Shown: positions 12,477-25,178 of the stretch, piece by piece | Layout: each line of letters starts with the position of its first letter | How positions within the stretch are numbered: the stretch's first letter is position 1 | DNA from: Octopus sinensis | Lineage: Eukaryota | Direction of reading: 5' to 3' | Length of the DNA stretch: 64,000 nucleotides | NCBI RefSeq assembly: GCF_006345805.1 | Contig: NC_043014.1 | Span: 29,884,001 to 29,948,000 of the forward strand | The notes under the pieces: model-generated | The model's input: the letters and a program-made list of their open reading frames with translations, nothing else | The model's database searches: none | What the model was told of the DNA's origin: nothing | Position numbers and translations under genes: made by a program

Positions 12477-13169
12477 CACTTAACATCTGCTATTTCATAC
12501 TTACATGGATCAAACAGAATTTGTTGAGGTAAATCTACAACCAAAAGAATTTCCTGCTCCAACCCTTGCCTGTTTCCAGACAAAGGTAATATTTCCTGTG
12601 GCTAGACAGGTATTTCATGGAAGACTTCAATTAAACAACATACCTTGTATGAGAGTGATGTTCATTTACAAATATTACATGATGTCAAGGCAAAGGTACA
12701 CACAAACACACACACACACATGTGTGTGTGTATGTGTGTGTGTGTGTGTGATGGGCTTCTTTCAGTTTCAATCACTCAAATCCACTCAAAGCCTTGGTCA
12801 ACCAAGAGCTATAGTAGAAGACATTTGCCTAAAGTACCACACATTGAGATTGAACCCGAGACTACACATTTAGGAAGCACACAACTAACACACATATATA
12901 ACATATGCATATATATACATAAATATATAAAATAACAAAAAGTAAAATGAAAAATAAAAAAAAACAAACAATGGAAGAAGCTGGAATGTTTATCTAATAT
13001 GTTTCTTAAAAAAATTAAACAAAAGTAGTAGTAAAATAGCATTAACCAAGCTTGCTTGTGCCTCCCCCTTTGTCAAGAGAGAGATCACGAATGTTCCTGT
13101 TTTTGTTTCTTTTCTTTCTTTTTTCCTATAAAACTTGCTTGGGGTAGCAATTCAGAACTTAAGAAAACA

Positions 13170-13178
13170 GCGTGTGTA

Positions 13179-13243
<65 letters not shown>
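13170..13243. repeat. (TG)n(TA)n compound microsatellite
   Basis: Direct reading. Confidence 0.95.
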
Positions 13244-13248
<5 letters not shown>

Positions 13249-15420
13249 ATTATATAAAACAAAAAAACAACAAAAAATAAACAGAAAGCCAGAATGTGTA
13301 TCTGTGAGCAAAAGAAAATTTTGTTAATGGAAGAGAAATTGTTGAAATGCATATTTTAAAAAGATATTTACTTTCTCTTAAATGTTGACGTAATGGGGTA
13401 GTTTTTTTTTTTACTTGTTTAAAAAGGAGCATAAACAAACCATATACAAAATGAAAGAAATGGCACATGGTGGTATGAAGAGAAAATCTAATATATTCGG
13501 CAAGACTTATTGCAGAATGACAAAAGGGCTTGATGAAGGCCTTCAAAAAAAAAAAAAAAATGTCTGACTCGAGGTGTTAGATTTTTTCTTCCCTTGTTAC
13601 AACATACTTCACTTTCTTAAACATATTTGAATCAAATCTCACTGGTGCTGACCATCACTGGCCTCCTTGAATTCTAGGGGTTATATTTAAAGGAAGTTTT
13701 ACAGGAGCGAACCTAAAATCTTGGTATGATAAAGCAGCACTAAGAATCAGTAATGTAGAAAAACAATAAAAATATAATGTTTATTCACTCAATGTTGCTA
13801 TGAAGCAGTAGACTTAAAACTAAAAATTTGGTAAATTTACACTATGAAATACAACACTAAAATTTCAAAATGTGTAAGGGGTTCAGAGGAGTTGGCAGAA
13901 TATATATTATCTTAGACATGTATATTTCAGTTGAACTTCAAGTGAGTTTTGGACAGTAATTATCTAATTCAGGGATTCCCATCTTATAGGTCAGAGGTAA
14001 GATGTTGCTAAGAGTTTTTTTTATATAACCCTTTATATATGTATTTGTTCATGTGTGTGACTGAAAGAGTGAGTAACAGTAACATCGCAATAATAACATT
14101 GATGTCTATGTTGTTACTCACATTCCTATCATGTCTGTGACACCAAAAATAGATAAGCACCCTGTATTAGTTAAGCTAAACTATACAAAACCTAAACTCA
14201 AGCAAGATTGTGGGAAAATGCAGAGAACAGAAATTATAAGGTGATATTATTGAGTGTTTCAGCACAGAATGAAACGTATTATGTGCAAAAGTAATTCCTG
14301 TAAATATGCTCAAAGAAAAAGCTTGTCTTTCAAAGAGCTAATTTGAAGAGAGTTCTTGCAAGTAGCCAAATGCTATTGAATATTCAAACAAAAACACCAA
14401 TACAGATCCGATGGTTCAAGAAAAATGATAATGATTATGATGATGGTAATGATAATGCTGCTAGTGATGATGATGATGTCATTTAGACTATTAATCTTGA
14501 AATTTTCAAGAATATTTACTATTAAGAGAAAACCGTCATGGAATCACAAGACATAAAAAGCAGTTTCAACAACCATGGGAGTGTTGCAGCAGTTTGTGCA
14601 TGTTACATGATGCAGGAAATTTCCCCCCCACCCACTCCTCTAGGCTCACTTGGAGTCAGTCTGCGAGTAAACAGTAAACAAAGTTATGTAACTCAATTGA
14701 CATACATTGAGTGAAGGGAGATAATTCAAGCAAGCGCCTTGCCCTGCCACCAAATTTCACAACTTATAAGAAAATTTTGTTTTAGTTAATTCCAAGGTTA
14801 TTAATTATTCTCTGATTATCTTTTACTGTAGCAGAAGTGGGGATCTGAGGAATTTACTGAAGCAGCAGTATGTAAAGAGTGAATTTTTCAATAGAAAGTT
14901 CAATATTTTGTGTTTATAGAGGGATTTTCAAAACGTATCATACAAATACGGGGCAACTGGGGTGGTTATGATTTTAGAGAATCATATTTATGATTTTACA
15001 GGAATATAATGGTTATCTAAATAGTTAAGCTTTTACAAAAATAAAAAATGAATCAAAAATATAAAATGCCTTTTTTTTTTTTGCCATTTTCAAATGCAGA
15101 AATATATTCACAAACAAAATGAGAAACAAAAAAATTAAAATTAAAATTAAAGGAAATTGAGAAATTAAAGAGGATAAATTTAACATCTTGATAAAATTTT
15201 AAAAGTAAGGAGTGTGCTTGTTTGTATGTATACGTGAAAGTTTGAGAGTTTAAAAAAAACAGGTGAAAGAAGTATTTTTAAATTCTCCACAACTACTTAC
15301 AAACCAGCAATAAAAAAGAATTGCTAACAGGAAAGGAGAAAGGAATGAAATGCTGTTGACTGAGGAGAGAAAGAAGAGAAAGAACACAGCATTATTTTAT
15401 TTTTTTATGGTTGAACTTAT

Positions 15421-15461
<41 letters not shown>

Positions 15462-15989
15462 TTTAGTGATATCCATAGATTAGCAGCTTTTTTATCTAGG
15501 GAAAAATAGTAGTGATTTTATAGAACAGCTGGAAGAGGGCAGCAATGCAACAGAACAGCAAAAAGAAATGTAACCATGTTGACCACTCTGGCTGAAATGA
15601 CCAGTGCGGCTTTAAGACACTTTGGTCAAATTGTTGATTGATGTTGAATAATGGAGAATGGAGAGAAGAGGTGGATTTTAGACATTTGCTCCACATGCTT
15701 TACACAATTTCATTAGTCTCAATTCATCTGTTTCAGGTCAAATGGGTTGCTGCTGCTGTCCTTCCATGGGAGAAATTTAGGCTGATAACATTGGTAGAGG
15801 ATTCAAGCTTTGGCAGCTCCTGTGGAAATTGAAAGAAAAACAAAAAAGAGAGAAAAAAACTTTAAATTTTATAAACACATATAAGAGTGGTGAATAGCCT
15901 TGGATTTGGAAAGTCCACATTTCCTATAAATAAACAAAAGCATGTCTCAAACACCTTCTGTTACTGTTATGACAGGAGTTTGAATTAAT

Positions 15990-16400
15990 TACTGACAGAA
16001 TATGATTTAAATACAGAGTATTTAAACCAGACAAGAGTATGGTTTAAATACAGATAGAGTGAACAATGGCTTAAATGCAATTAGAGTGGAGTAGGATTTA
16101 AATAATGAAAACAGGAGTATGGTTTAAATCATGAATGCAGGAATATGGTTTAAAATACTGAAGACAGGAGTATGGTTTAAATATTGAAAAAAGGAGTATG
16201 GTTCAAATAGGAGTATGGTTTAAAATACTGAAGACAGGAGTATAATTTAAATACAGATTAAGTGGAGTAGAGTATAAATAATGAAAACGGGTTTAAATAT
16301 TGAAAACAGGAGTATGGCTTAAAATGTTGAAAACAAGAGTATGGTCTAAAATACTGAACACAAGAGAACAGTTTATATGCTGACAAGATATGAGTATCAT
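15990..16400. repeat. Minisatellite, ~26-27-nt unit (ACAGGAGTATGGTTTAAATACTGAAG-like)
   Basis: More than ten degenerate copies of caggagtatggtttaaa. Confidence 0.85.
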
Positions 16401-16999
16401 TTAAATGCTAAAGAACTCAACAGTTGCTTAAATATAAATTACGAAATCTACCACTAGCAACTTACAAATATTTTTTATCTTAAAAACTAATTTATATGAA
16501 GTAGCTAAGAAAGCTGCATATTAGAAATATCTAATTTGAATCAATCGTCTGCATCAATCATATTTTCATATATTATCCCAATCAATAACTGTTCAATGAA
16601 AAATTACTTTTAACAAAGTCAAGAAATAATCCAAGTGAAACTTTTCAAAACACATGCATTTGTTATATCAAGCTGTATATGCTGGTTTCAATGACTAAAA
16701 GTATCTGATGCTTTTTTAAAAAGCTGCTCTAATGCATTGAAGCCATATGTATTAATTTTTTCAGTAAAACTAACTTTATCCTCAAGAATTTGCATTTGTG
16801 AGTGGGCTCCATTTCTCTTAAGAATGAACATAACAATGAAAATTGCTATATACTCAAGTAGTGGTACAGTTTTATACTTGGATACATACCTACAGTTTTT
16901 TTTTTAAGCAGAAATCATAAAACTTACCACTGTTAATTTAGTAATATTTTGTAGCTGCTTAAAACTGAAAAATTCATTTGAAACAACCAAGAAATGCAG

Positions 17000-18600
17000 C
17001 ATATTAGTTTTTAGGAAGTGAACACTAACAGTTCAATCAGTAAAGTACTAATATCACTAAAACCTACTTTAGTAAGTTTAGTTGTAACAATGAATTATTC
17101 TCTTGAATTAGTTTCTGATGTTGTAGGGCAAATTTTGCAGATAGCAAATAAGAGAATGTTCTCTTAAGTTTAAATCATCTGTTCCAATAAATCAAATCAG
17201 CTCCTCCAAAGTCAGACTTGTTCTTGACTTTTCCCTCCAGGTTCAGGCTCATTCATCCCGAGCCAAACTAGTTCTTCCACAGAAAGACTTGTTTCTCCAA
17301 TGTCAAACATTTTTCAAAAGTTTCAATTCATTTTACAAGATTTGGGGTCAATTTGGTATGTGGTTGATATATCAAATATTAGTTCACCATTTCCACAGAT
17401 TAATATATTTAACAGAAAATCAGTTACTTGTGAGACTTGATAAACTTTTAATTCCATTTTTAAGAGAAGCCATTTTACAAAGGAATATTTTAGAATTCCT
17501 GTAAATGTTGATGTTATTCAATCGGAAAAAGTGAGTAGATTTAGCTGTTAGATGTTGATATGTGAAGAAAATGAATTGTTGTTTGCATGTAGCATTAATA
17601 CAAAAAGCAAAGAAAGCCAAAGTTGTAATTCTGCTCAGCTTCAATATACCCATAGTTTAGAAATAAAGTTCTCTAGTTCAAATCCAGTACAGTACTATGA
17701 ACATATCCAGGAACAAGATGCCTGATGATGATAACTGGAGATCAAATAGATTGAAAAAGTAGTGGAGGTATATTTAAAGAAAATATTTTATCTCAATTAT
17801 ATTTCAGACTATTAATTTTCTTAATCTTGTTCATCTTTCAGTCATGATCAAAAGTGCTCCAAGCATGACCACCTGTCCTTTTGCAAATAGTTTATCATGA
17901 ACTACACTTCGTGATGTATACATTTTCCAGTTGTTTGATGAAGGCTTTGCTGCTATTTCTAAAATATTCAGCAATCAAGTAAAGCTTCCGTCACTAGCTC
18001 AAGACCAAGGAGACAAAATTAACTAGTGTACTAGACAAGTATAAACTTAACCTATTTCAATGCTACATTGTACTACACTGAGTATAGTAATAATTATTTA
18101 TGATAGAAACATATGGAACAGATATTTTTGGCCTGGAACAAATAGAAATAATACTCCAATGTTGACAAAAAGTGAAGAGGGACCATAGAGGGAATAGAGC
18201 AGAGATGCGGACACTAGTAGAAATGAGAGATGCTTTATTGGAAGTGTCAGAAATACACGGAAGAGACAATAGTAAACTAATATAGTTTACTATATAGTAT
18301 TACAGTTCCAATGAATTGATTAGTAATGAAGTTTGGATCCACTCATCATTTGAAAGCAGCCTTGTCAACTGATAAATGAAATGATTTGAAACAAGTATTA
18401 ACCCCGTGCATCAGAAAGTTATGATCCAAGATTTTAATTTAATGAAGTTCACATGACATACATTTGAGACTTTTGAGTAATTACAAATATATTCACCAGA
18501 GGTACACAGCCATGTGTGCAGTCATAATAGAAAGATTTCATTCTCTTCTTAAAAGCAACAACATCAAATGAGACCAAGAAAGATACACTTTTTGCAACAA
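17000..18600 (+). mobile_element. Highly decayed hAT-like transposase fossil
   Basis: Broken plus-strand peptides YLTENQLLVR...NILEFL and AEMRTLVEMRDALLEVSE resemble ZMYM1-type hAT transposase blocks; many stops. Confidence 0.4.
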
Positions 18601-19199
18601 AGTGTTATAAAAATAATATTATAAAAAGCTTATACAATTATATAGTCAACAAAATAGGATGAACACTGAGACTAAATAATGAGAAATAAACAATTCATTC
18701 AATATTTTGATATCATAGCAGAAGGAAAAGTTTGAAATAAAAAATGTTAAATGTAAACAATACCAAAATGATGAAAGCAATGAAGGGAGGGATGAATGCA
18801 ATGTGTAAGGAGGAGGTGAGGTGTGACATTGAAATCAGCCAATAAACTTGACATTCAATTGTGTAAATGAATTAAAGGAGGATCACGCATTTACAATAAT
18901 CAATTATAGCAAAGAGCTGAGGCAGGTATCAAAGCATATCCTGCACACCATCAACTTGTGTTGATCTTTATTTCTATAAAATAAGGTTTGATAACTGTGG
19001 CCTATAGAGTCTGATACCTTTTCCAAATACTAACTCAAGGATGAAACGGAATATTGGGTTTGAACTCAGTGTCTAAATCAACATCAGGAAAGAGTTAATG
19101 CTGAAGTAACTACAACTGAATGATGAACAGTGGGTGACAACTGCTCCAAAAGAATAAACTAACATACCACAGCAAAGTTTATGACAGAAAATGACACTA

Positions 19200-19695
19200 A
19201 TCATCATCATCATCATCATCATCATTTAGCGTCCGTTTTCCATGCTAGCATGGGTTGGACGGTTCTACTGGGTTCTGTGAAGCCAGAAGGCTTCATCAGG
19301 CCCAGTCAAATCTGGCAGTGTTTCTACGGCTGGATGCCCTTCCTAACGCCAACCACTCCGTGAGTGTAGTGGGTGCTTTTTACGTGCCACCCGCACAGGT
19401 GCCAGACAGAGCTGGCAAACGGCCACGAACGGATGGTGCTTTTTATGTGCCACCGGCACAAGGGCCAGGCGAGGCTGGCAACGGACACGAAACGGGGCAG
19501 TGCTGGCAACGGTCGCGAAACGGAAGGTTCTCTTACATGCCACCGGCACTGGTAACACATCTGCAATTTCCATTGATCGATTTCCATTCTGATCCTCACT
19601 TGCCTCAACGGGTCTTCACAAGTAGAGTTTCGACATGCCACCGGCACTGGTAACACATCTGCAATTTCCATTGATCGATTTCGATTCTGATCCTA
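19200..19695 (-). mobile_element. RTE 3'UTR-only insertion with internal hairpin repeats
   Basis: (CAT)n tail plus ttagcgtccgttttccatgctagcatgggttggacgg; repeated gtgccaccggcac units; ~60-nt direct duplication at ~19536-19595 and ~19633-19694. Confidence 0.88.
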
Positions 19696-20835
19696 ATGTA
19701 TGTTTATAACTACAACCTACACCAAAATTTTCCTGAACTGCATAAAGCTACAAAATATTAAATGTCTCTTTTACATAACACTTTTACATAAACAGTGAAG
19801 GCACATGGCCTCATGGTCAGAATGTTGCACTCACAACCACAAGATCATAGTTTTGACTACCAGACTGGCTTGTGATCTTGAGCAAAACAATTCCTTATTG
19901 CTCCACTCACTTGTAAATGGGTAATCCTTTGATCGATTGCCATTCCATTCAGGGGAATGTTGGCCTGCTTGCCCAGTAAGTGGCATGACATCATTTGAAA
20001 GTTAAAATGATGTGTAGTGCATTGTGAACAACAGTGTATAACATCCAGTAGTCTGGTCAATTCAGTGATACTGAAGTAGGATACACAACACAATGACACA
20101 GTTACATGATCAACCGTTTCTTTGAGTTTAATATTTAAGTATATCTAAAAACACTATTGAAGAACAGCAGGCATTCTGTATTGACTGTATGGTTAACATG
20201 AAAACTCTTGGACACAAAGAAGACTGAAATAGATGAAACACGAAACCCTGTTTAATCACAGACATGTTTGTGGTCAGTGCTTAAGGCATTAATAATATAT
20301 TAATTATCATAACACTAACATTAATCTGGAATGCCTAATGTTATTAAAAAGTGAAGTAAATAAATAGAATCAGTAATTGATTCCCTAGATATCAGTGCTT
20401 CCCTTGACTTTTAAATATAATATAAAGGACAAACTGATCGAAGGATAAAAGCAAGAGTTCCTAATTGAAGAGACTTGATTTGAGGCATTCCTGCTTTGAC
20501 AATCCCATCTTTTTGGATATCTAAAACTACACTGTCCTTGTTTTAAGACAGCAGAGTGTGGTTCGAGGGAATTCGGCTGCAGCTATTATTAATAGTGACC
20601 ACACAAATATCACCTCGTTGGATAGTGTTATGGTTTTAAACAACTCAAATCCCTTAGGAATAATACTGATATTTTACTGTATGTAAGAAATCCATTGTAA
20701 AAGCTAAAAGTTATCAGAATGACAGGTGACACCTATTCCATAAGAATAAAACAAACATGACAGAGTGATGTCATTAAGCTTACTGAGAGAACCAACATCA
20801 CTGCCAGTTGAAGACAAACCAGTTTATCATGTGGT

Positions 20836-22135
20836 TGTTGAAATAAGAGGCAACTACTTAAATCTGTGTGGGGATGAGCCAGAAGAAGAGGGTCATGACA
20901 TCAATGGTCAAGGGGCTGACCGGAAGAGGAAGCATGAGAAGGGAAGTGGAGGGGGAGAGGTAAGCGTTGTTCTCCTTTTTCCCACTGGATGCATCACAAA
21001 TAGATGTAAGGGAACTGGCTCCTGGGTTGGTCAGGTAGCAGCTGCTTATACTGGGTGACAGGGGTAGGGCAGGATCGTCAGAGAGATTACTACTAGACAG
21101 TGGTTGGGAACTGTGATAGGTGTCAATCCATCGACCTTGCTCCAGGTGTGCATGAGCGGGGAGACATTTCGGTAGAGCACAACTGGAGATGACAGGCAGT
21201 GGATGTAACACACTACTGGCAGGGGATATATCTCTTGGTGGTTGACTGAGGACCAGGCCATATCTCCATTTGGAGGGAACTGAGAGCATGCACTGCAGCA
21301 GAATGGCACGTATTCTAAACAAGGTATTCTTAGAGTGGGGCCCTGTGGATGATTTGTTGATGGACAACAGCACAGCGTTTCGTTCAGAGGCACTGAAAGA
21401 GATACTTGACAGGTGGTAAGTGCACCGCTTTTTCAGAGTGGCATACAGGCCAAGTGGAAATGGGATCGTGGAAAGACATCATCAAACGATCAAGGCCATG
21501 GCAGAGAGGGGACACATCTCGCCGCTGGAAGCAGTATTCTGGTATAATATGTTGCCCCAATCAGAACAGGCCGAAGAGTCTGTGCCAAATATGAATGGTG
21601 GGATACCCTGAGGAAGTGAGAGGGCCCATATTCATGGAGGTAGGAGATAAATTCTGGGTCAAGTCACCAAAGGCATGCTGCACAACTCAGTGGAACAGAT
21701 GAATAGTGACAGCTGTCAATTCCAAAAACAACATTTCTTAGTTGTTCATAGGATTGTTGCTTCATTGGATGATGACTGGAGGAGAGGAAGAGAATGAGGC
21801 TCCCAGCTTAAGAAGATCACAACGTACAAAACGCCCACCCGGGTGGGTGGTAGATTTCGACATGGAGTGAAGTGAGGAGGTGATCTTTGAGATCAGGGGG
21901 ACATGTAGGGATGAGCTGGAAGAAGAGGATCATGCCATTAATGGTCAAGGGGCTGACCGGAGGTGGAAGTGTGAGAAGGGAAGTGGGGGAAGAGAGGCAA
22001 GTATTGTCCTCTTTTTGCCCACTGGAAGCATCACAAATGGACATAAGGGAATTCACTCCCGGATTGGTTGGATAGCAGCTGCTTATACTGGTGACAGGGG
22101 TAGGGTAGGATCATTGGAGAGATTACTACTAGACA
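20836..22135 (+). mobile_element. Internally deleted Ty3/Gypsy-like LTR element (two ~260-bp LTRs plus integrase-core remnant)
   Basis: Diverged direct repeats 20836-21099 and 21881-22135, both TG...tactagaCA; purine tract before the 3' LTR; internal peptide LLMDNSTAFRSEAL..W..HRFFRVAYRPSGNGIVERHHQTIK (rve core). Confidence 0.8.
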
Positions 22136-23129
22136 GGTGGTTGACAAGAGGAAGGTAGGTGAACTTCTTTTAATTTCCCATCCACGACAGTCTGGTAAAG
22201 TGTGCACTATACCAAGTTCAATAGTGTCAAATATAATAGTAGAAGACAAGAGAAGTGGGAGGCAAGTGGATAACTTTACTGCACAAGTAAAACAGACCGA
22301 TTTACTAAACTACATCTTTACAATACAACTTACTGACTATTAATTTTAGCCTGACTAAATACTAAAATTCAGAGAAGAATTGTTTTTCAGTAAAAGCAAC
22401 AATCAAAGTCAATGAAACTAAAACACAGTCCATGATGGGAGAACATCAGAGAAAATCCAAGTTTAGGTTCTCAAAAATATACAATAACTTTAATTAATGA
22501 CAGCAGGTTCAACTTTTATAGGATGGTGTTAAGTGTAGAAAACCTAAACAAAACAGAACATGCAGAGGCAATAAGGAAACATTCAAATACCAACATAAAT
22601 AAATACAAGATATAAAACATCTAAAGGTTTTACAGAATATAAAACCATCATGAATAAGGAAATAAAAAAAGAAAAGCCCTTTTTTCTCACAAGTCACAGA
22701 ATTGTTTTATAAAATGAAGCTACAGCAGAAGAAATAAATTCATAATCAAGATGCAAAATGAACTAAAAGAATAAGAAAATCATATGCAAACACTGAATAA
22801 AAACAAACAGAATTCTTTAACTGAACGTGTAACCAAACAAATGTTAGATAATGCGTTTGATTTTAGGTTTTGAATGGGTTAATATAAAATGCCAACACCA
22901 GCACACAAGTTAGATGAAAGGTGGTAAATTGAAGCAAATGGTGAATGGGAAAATATTGAAAGTAAACAAACCCACCCCCCTTGCATAAATAGGAAAATAA
23001 AAACTGTTCTGCATAATATAGTTGTAACTTACATGCTTCAGGATCATCTTGGTAAGCTAAAACAAAGAAAAGACAAAGTTACTGTCTGTCATGTGTCAGT
23101 CCTGTGAAAAACACCATCACTGAGTGGAG

Positions 23130-23470
23130 ACCCTCCATTAAAAAGAGTCACTGCACAAGTCCTGTGTAAAGACACGGCCACTGTGAGACAGTTTTGTGTA
23201 AAGACAGTTGTTGTGTGACAGCCCTGTATAAAGATGCATTCATTGTGTGATAGTTTGGAGTAAAGACAACACGGTTATTGTAAGACAGCCCTGTGTAAAG
23301 ATACAGTTGTCGTGTGACAGTCCTGTATAAAGGCAACATGGTCATTGTGTGAAAGTCCTGTGTAAAGAGACACAGTTGTTGTGTGATAGTCCTGTTTAAA
23401 GGCACAAGTCATTGTGTGATAGTCTCAAGTAAAATCTTTACACACAGTCATTGTGGTAGTTCTGTGTAAA
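23130..23470. repeat. Minisatellite, ~31-32-nt unit (GTCCTGTGTAAAGACACAGTTGTTGTGTGACA-like)
   Basis: About ten degenerate tandem copies. Confidence 0.85.
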
Positions 23471-24015
23471 TATTAGTGGATACATAAGTCTTTATATGGT
23501 GAGAGAGTGAATTAAGTAAACTTCACTATGACATATGTACAAGTTTTGTCCATGAGGGATCAATAGCATTGATATAAAAATCAATGTGGATATGTGTCAC
23601 TTTCATTCTTCTCAGTCTTGTCTCAATCCATCAGAGTTGAGATATTTTGTATTAGATAACCATTGGTGCATATCCAGTGTTTGTTTGGAGTTATGATAGA
23701 TGGGTACTGTCTATGTCAAAGCTGAACAAACCTAAGTATTTAAGTGAAAGCTAACCAAACCAAACCACAGGTTGTAATCAATGTTCTTAACACAGTCACC
23801 AGACAATGAATGTGTCCCATCTTCATGATTGTTCTTTAGCAATATGACATAAGGGTCATACAACCAACAAAGACTGTCAGTTTCCTAAGGGATATCAGAT
23901 TTTTCTATTAACATAGGTGCTTAAGACTCCAAGTGTTCACTTCCATAAAGACACAAACAACTTAATAGAAGTACAGTTGCAACATCTGATTTTGAAAAAA
24001 ATAGGTGTTTTTTTT

Positions 24016-24021
24016 TTTATT
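24016..24021 (-). promoter_or_regulatory. Candidate polyadenylation signal AATAAA of the IgSF gene
   Basis: About 85 nt downstream of the TAA at 24109-24107; adjacent to a genomic A-run, so it could be fortuitous. Confidence 0.4.
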
Positions 24022-24106
24022 GGTTAATATGTGCTGTGCTTGTATCAAGACATATTTACAGGGATTGAGCTCATGATAATAGAGAAAAAATAATAGCTAG
24101 TCTTTG

Positions 24107-24135
24107 TTACTTCATCAACTGTTGATATGTGACAT
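24107..24135 (-). CDS. IgSF receptor, candidate last coding exon (ITIM-like VTYQQL)
   Basis: ttattcaagctacag|AT GTC ACA TAT CAA CAG TTG ATG AAG TAA = (D)VTYQQLMK*; phase 1 matches the upstream donor ACA G|gtatta; intron only 57 nt. Confidence 0.6.
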
Positions 24136-24192
24136 CTGTAGCTTGAATAATTATAGAATAAAGAAAAATATGAAAAAGAGCAATAATAATAC

Positions 24193-24293
24193 CTGTCATT
24201 GCCTGCTTTTCTTGATCGTTTTCATTACGAGATTCTCTATTTCTTCGTCCCCCAACTGAAGATTTATTAATATTCTTCATTGGAATATTATTG
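24193..24293 (-). CDS. IgSF receptor cytoplasmic exon
   Basis: ctttactttttcag|C AAT...ACA G|gtatta, 101 nt, open only in phase 2 to 1: NNIPMKNINKSSVGGRRNRESRNENDQEKQAMT. Confidence 0.8.
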
Positions 24294-25144
24294 CTGAAAA
24301 AGTAAAGATGTAATAAGATGATGATGGTGATAGTGATAGTGGTGGTGATGATAGTAATGATAATGAAAGTGATAATAGCAATGATGATGGTAGTGGTGAT
24401 GGTTTGAAATCAGATGAAAGTTTGGTTTGAACTATAGCAAAAGCTGAAAGCACATCTCTGACTATGTTAGAAAAATCAAATGATTGCAAATTTTAGAATG
24501 CAACTCCGAAGGTTCCTTGTTCTTTCTTTTCTTCTTCATCAAGTTGTTCAAGTAAAGAAGGACAGTATCCATGATCTTTGCAGGCCTCATTCTTAATTTA
24601 GTAAGGCTAATGTCCAGTCTGAACACCTGATGGAACCTGGGTCTTGGTCCTAATATTTGCAATGCAATGAATGCCAATGAAGGTACCTAACAATGAATTG
24701 GTCTTAAACCATGTTAGGCATAGAGTCTCAAAGGCTAATGAGTAATTCTGTGTTAACATCCTTCCTTCTATAGAATTATTAAGGGTATGTAATGCAGAAA
24801 ATATTCCAATAATTTTGGTAGGTGTCTCATGGAGCAACAAATATACAAACTATTTTTTAATCCTGGTGCAATATGGTTTACATATCACTAAATTTTGCTA
24901 TTTATTGCATGATCCAATGAACCATAAGTGCTCATTTTGAGGAAATATTTTTGATGGAACACAGCTGAATTTCTTTCAAGTGCCCATAGTATAATATAAA
25001 TTTCCCATCACATGCAGCTTCAAGGTAAAAACAGTTAATTTGCAGCTGCAACATAAACCAGCAGAGGGAATTTTTGTTTCTTTATAGAAGCATTATATAA
25101 ATGAAGTAAACAATATTCACAAACAAAAAATATAAAATTGATAC

Positions 25145-25178
25145 CTGTATTCATTGTCAGACAGTTCTTTCCTTTCAG
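25145..25178 (-). CDS. IgSF receptor cytoplasmic exon
   Basis: tttatattcttcag|CT GAA...TAC AG|gtatca, 34 nt, phase 1 to 2: (A)ERKELSDNEY(S); bridges the phases of the flanking exons exactly. Confidence 0.8.

Noticed and set aside
12505-12534. Minus-strand 30-nt micro-exon candidate (tgtag|..LPQQILFDP..|gtaagt)
   Set aside because: Good splice sites, but no partner exons or homology could be linked to it.
16928-16964. Minus-strand 37-nt exon candidate (FKQLQNITKLTV, phase 2 to 0)
   Set aside because: Lies at the edge of a probable hAT fossil on the other strand and is not needed by the receptor model; likely chance.
20765-22249. Several 60-170-aa ORFs on both strands
   Set aside because: They fall in the LTRs and remnant of the mini Gypsy element; not host genes.
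24420-24860. Protein-like minus-strand readings (LLEQLDEEEKKEQG)
   Set aside because: Interrupted by stops, no splice context, no family recognised; probably an unidentifiable TE fossil in the intron.
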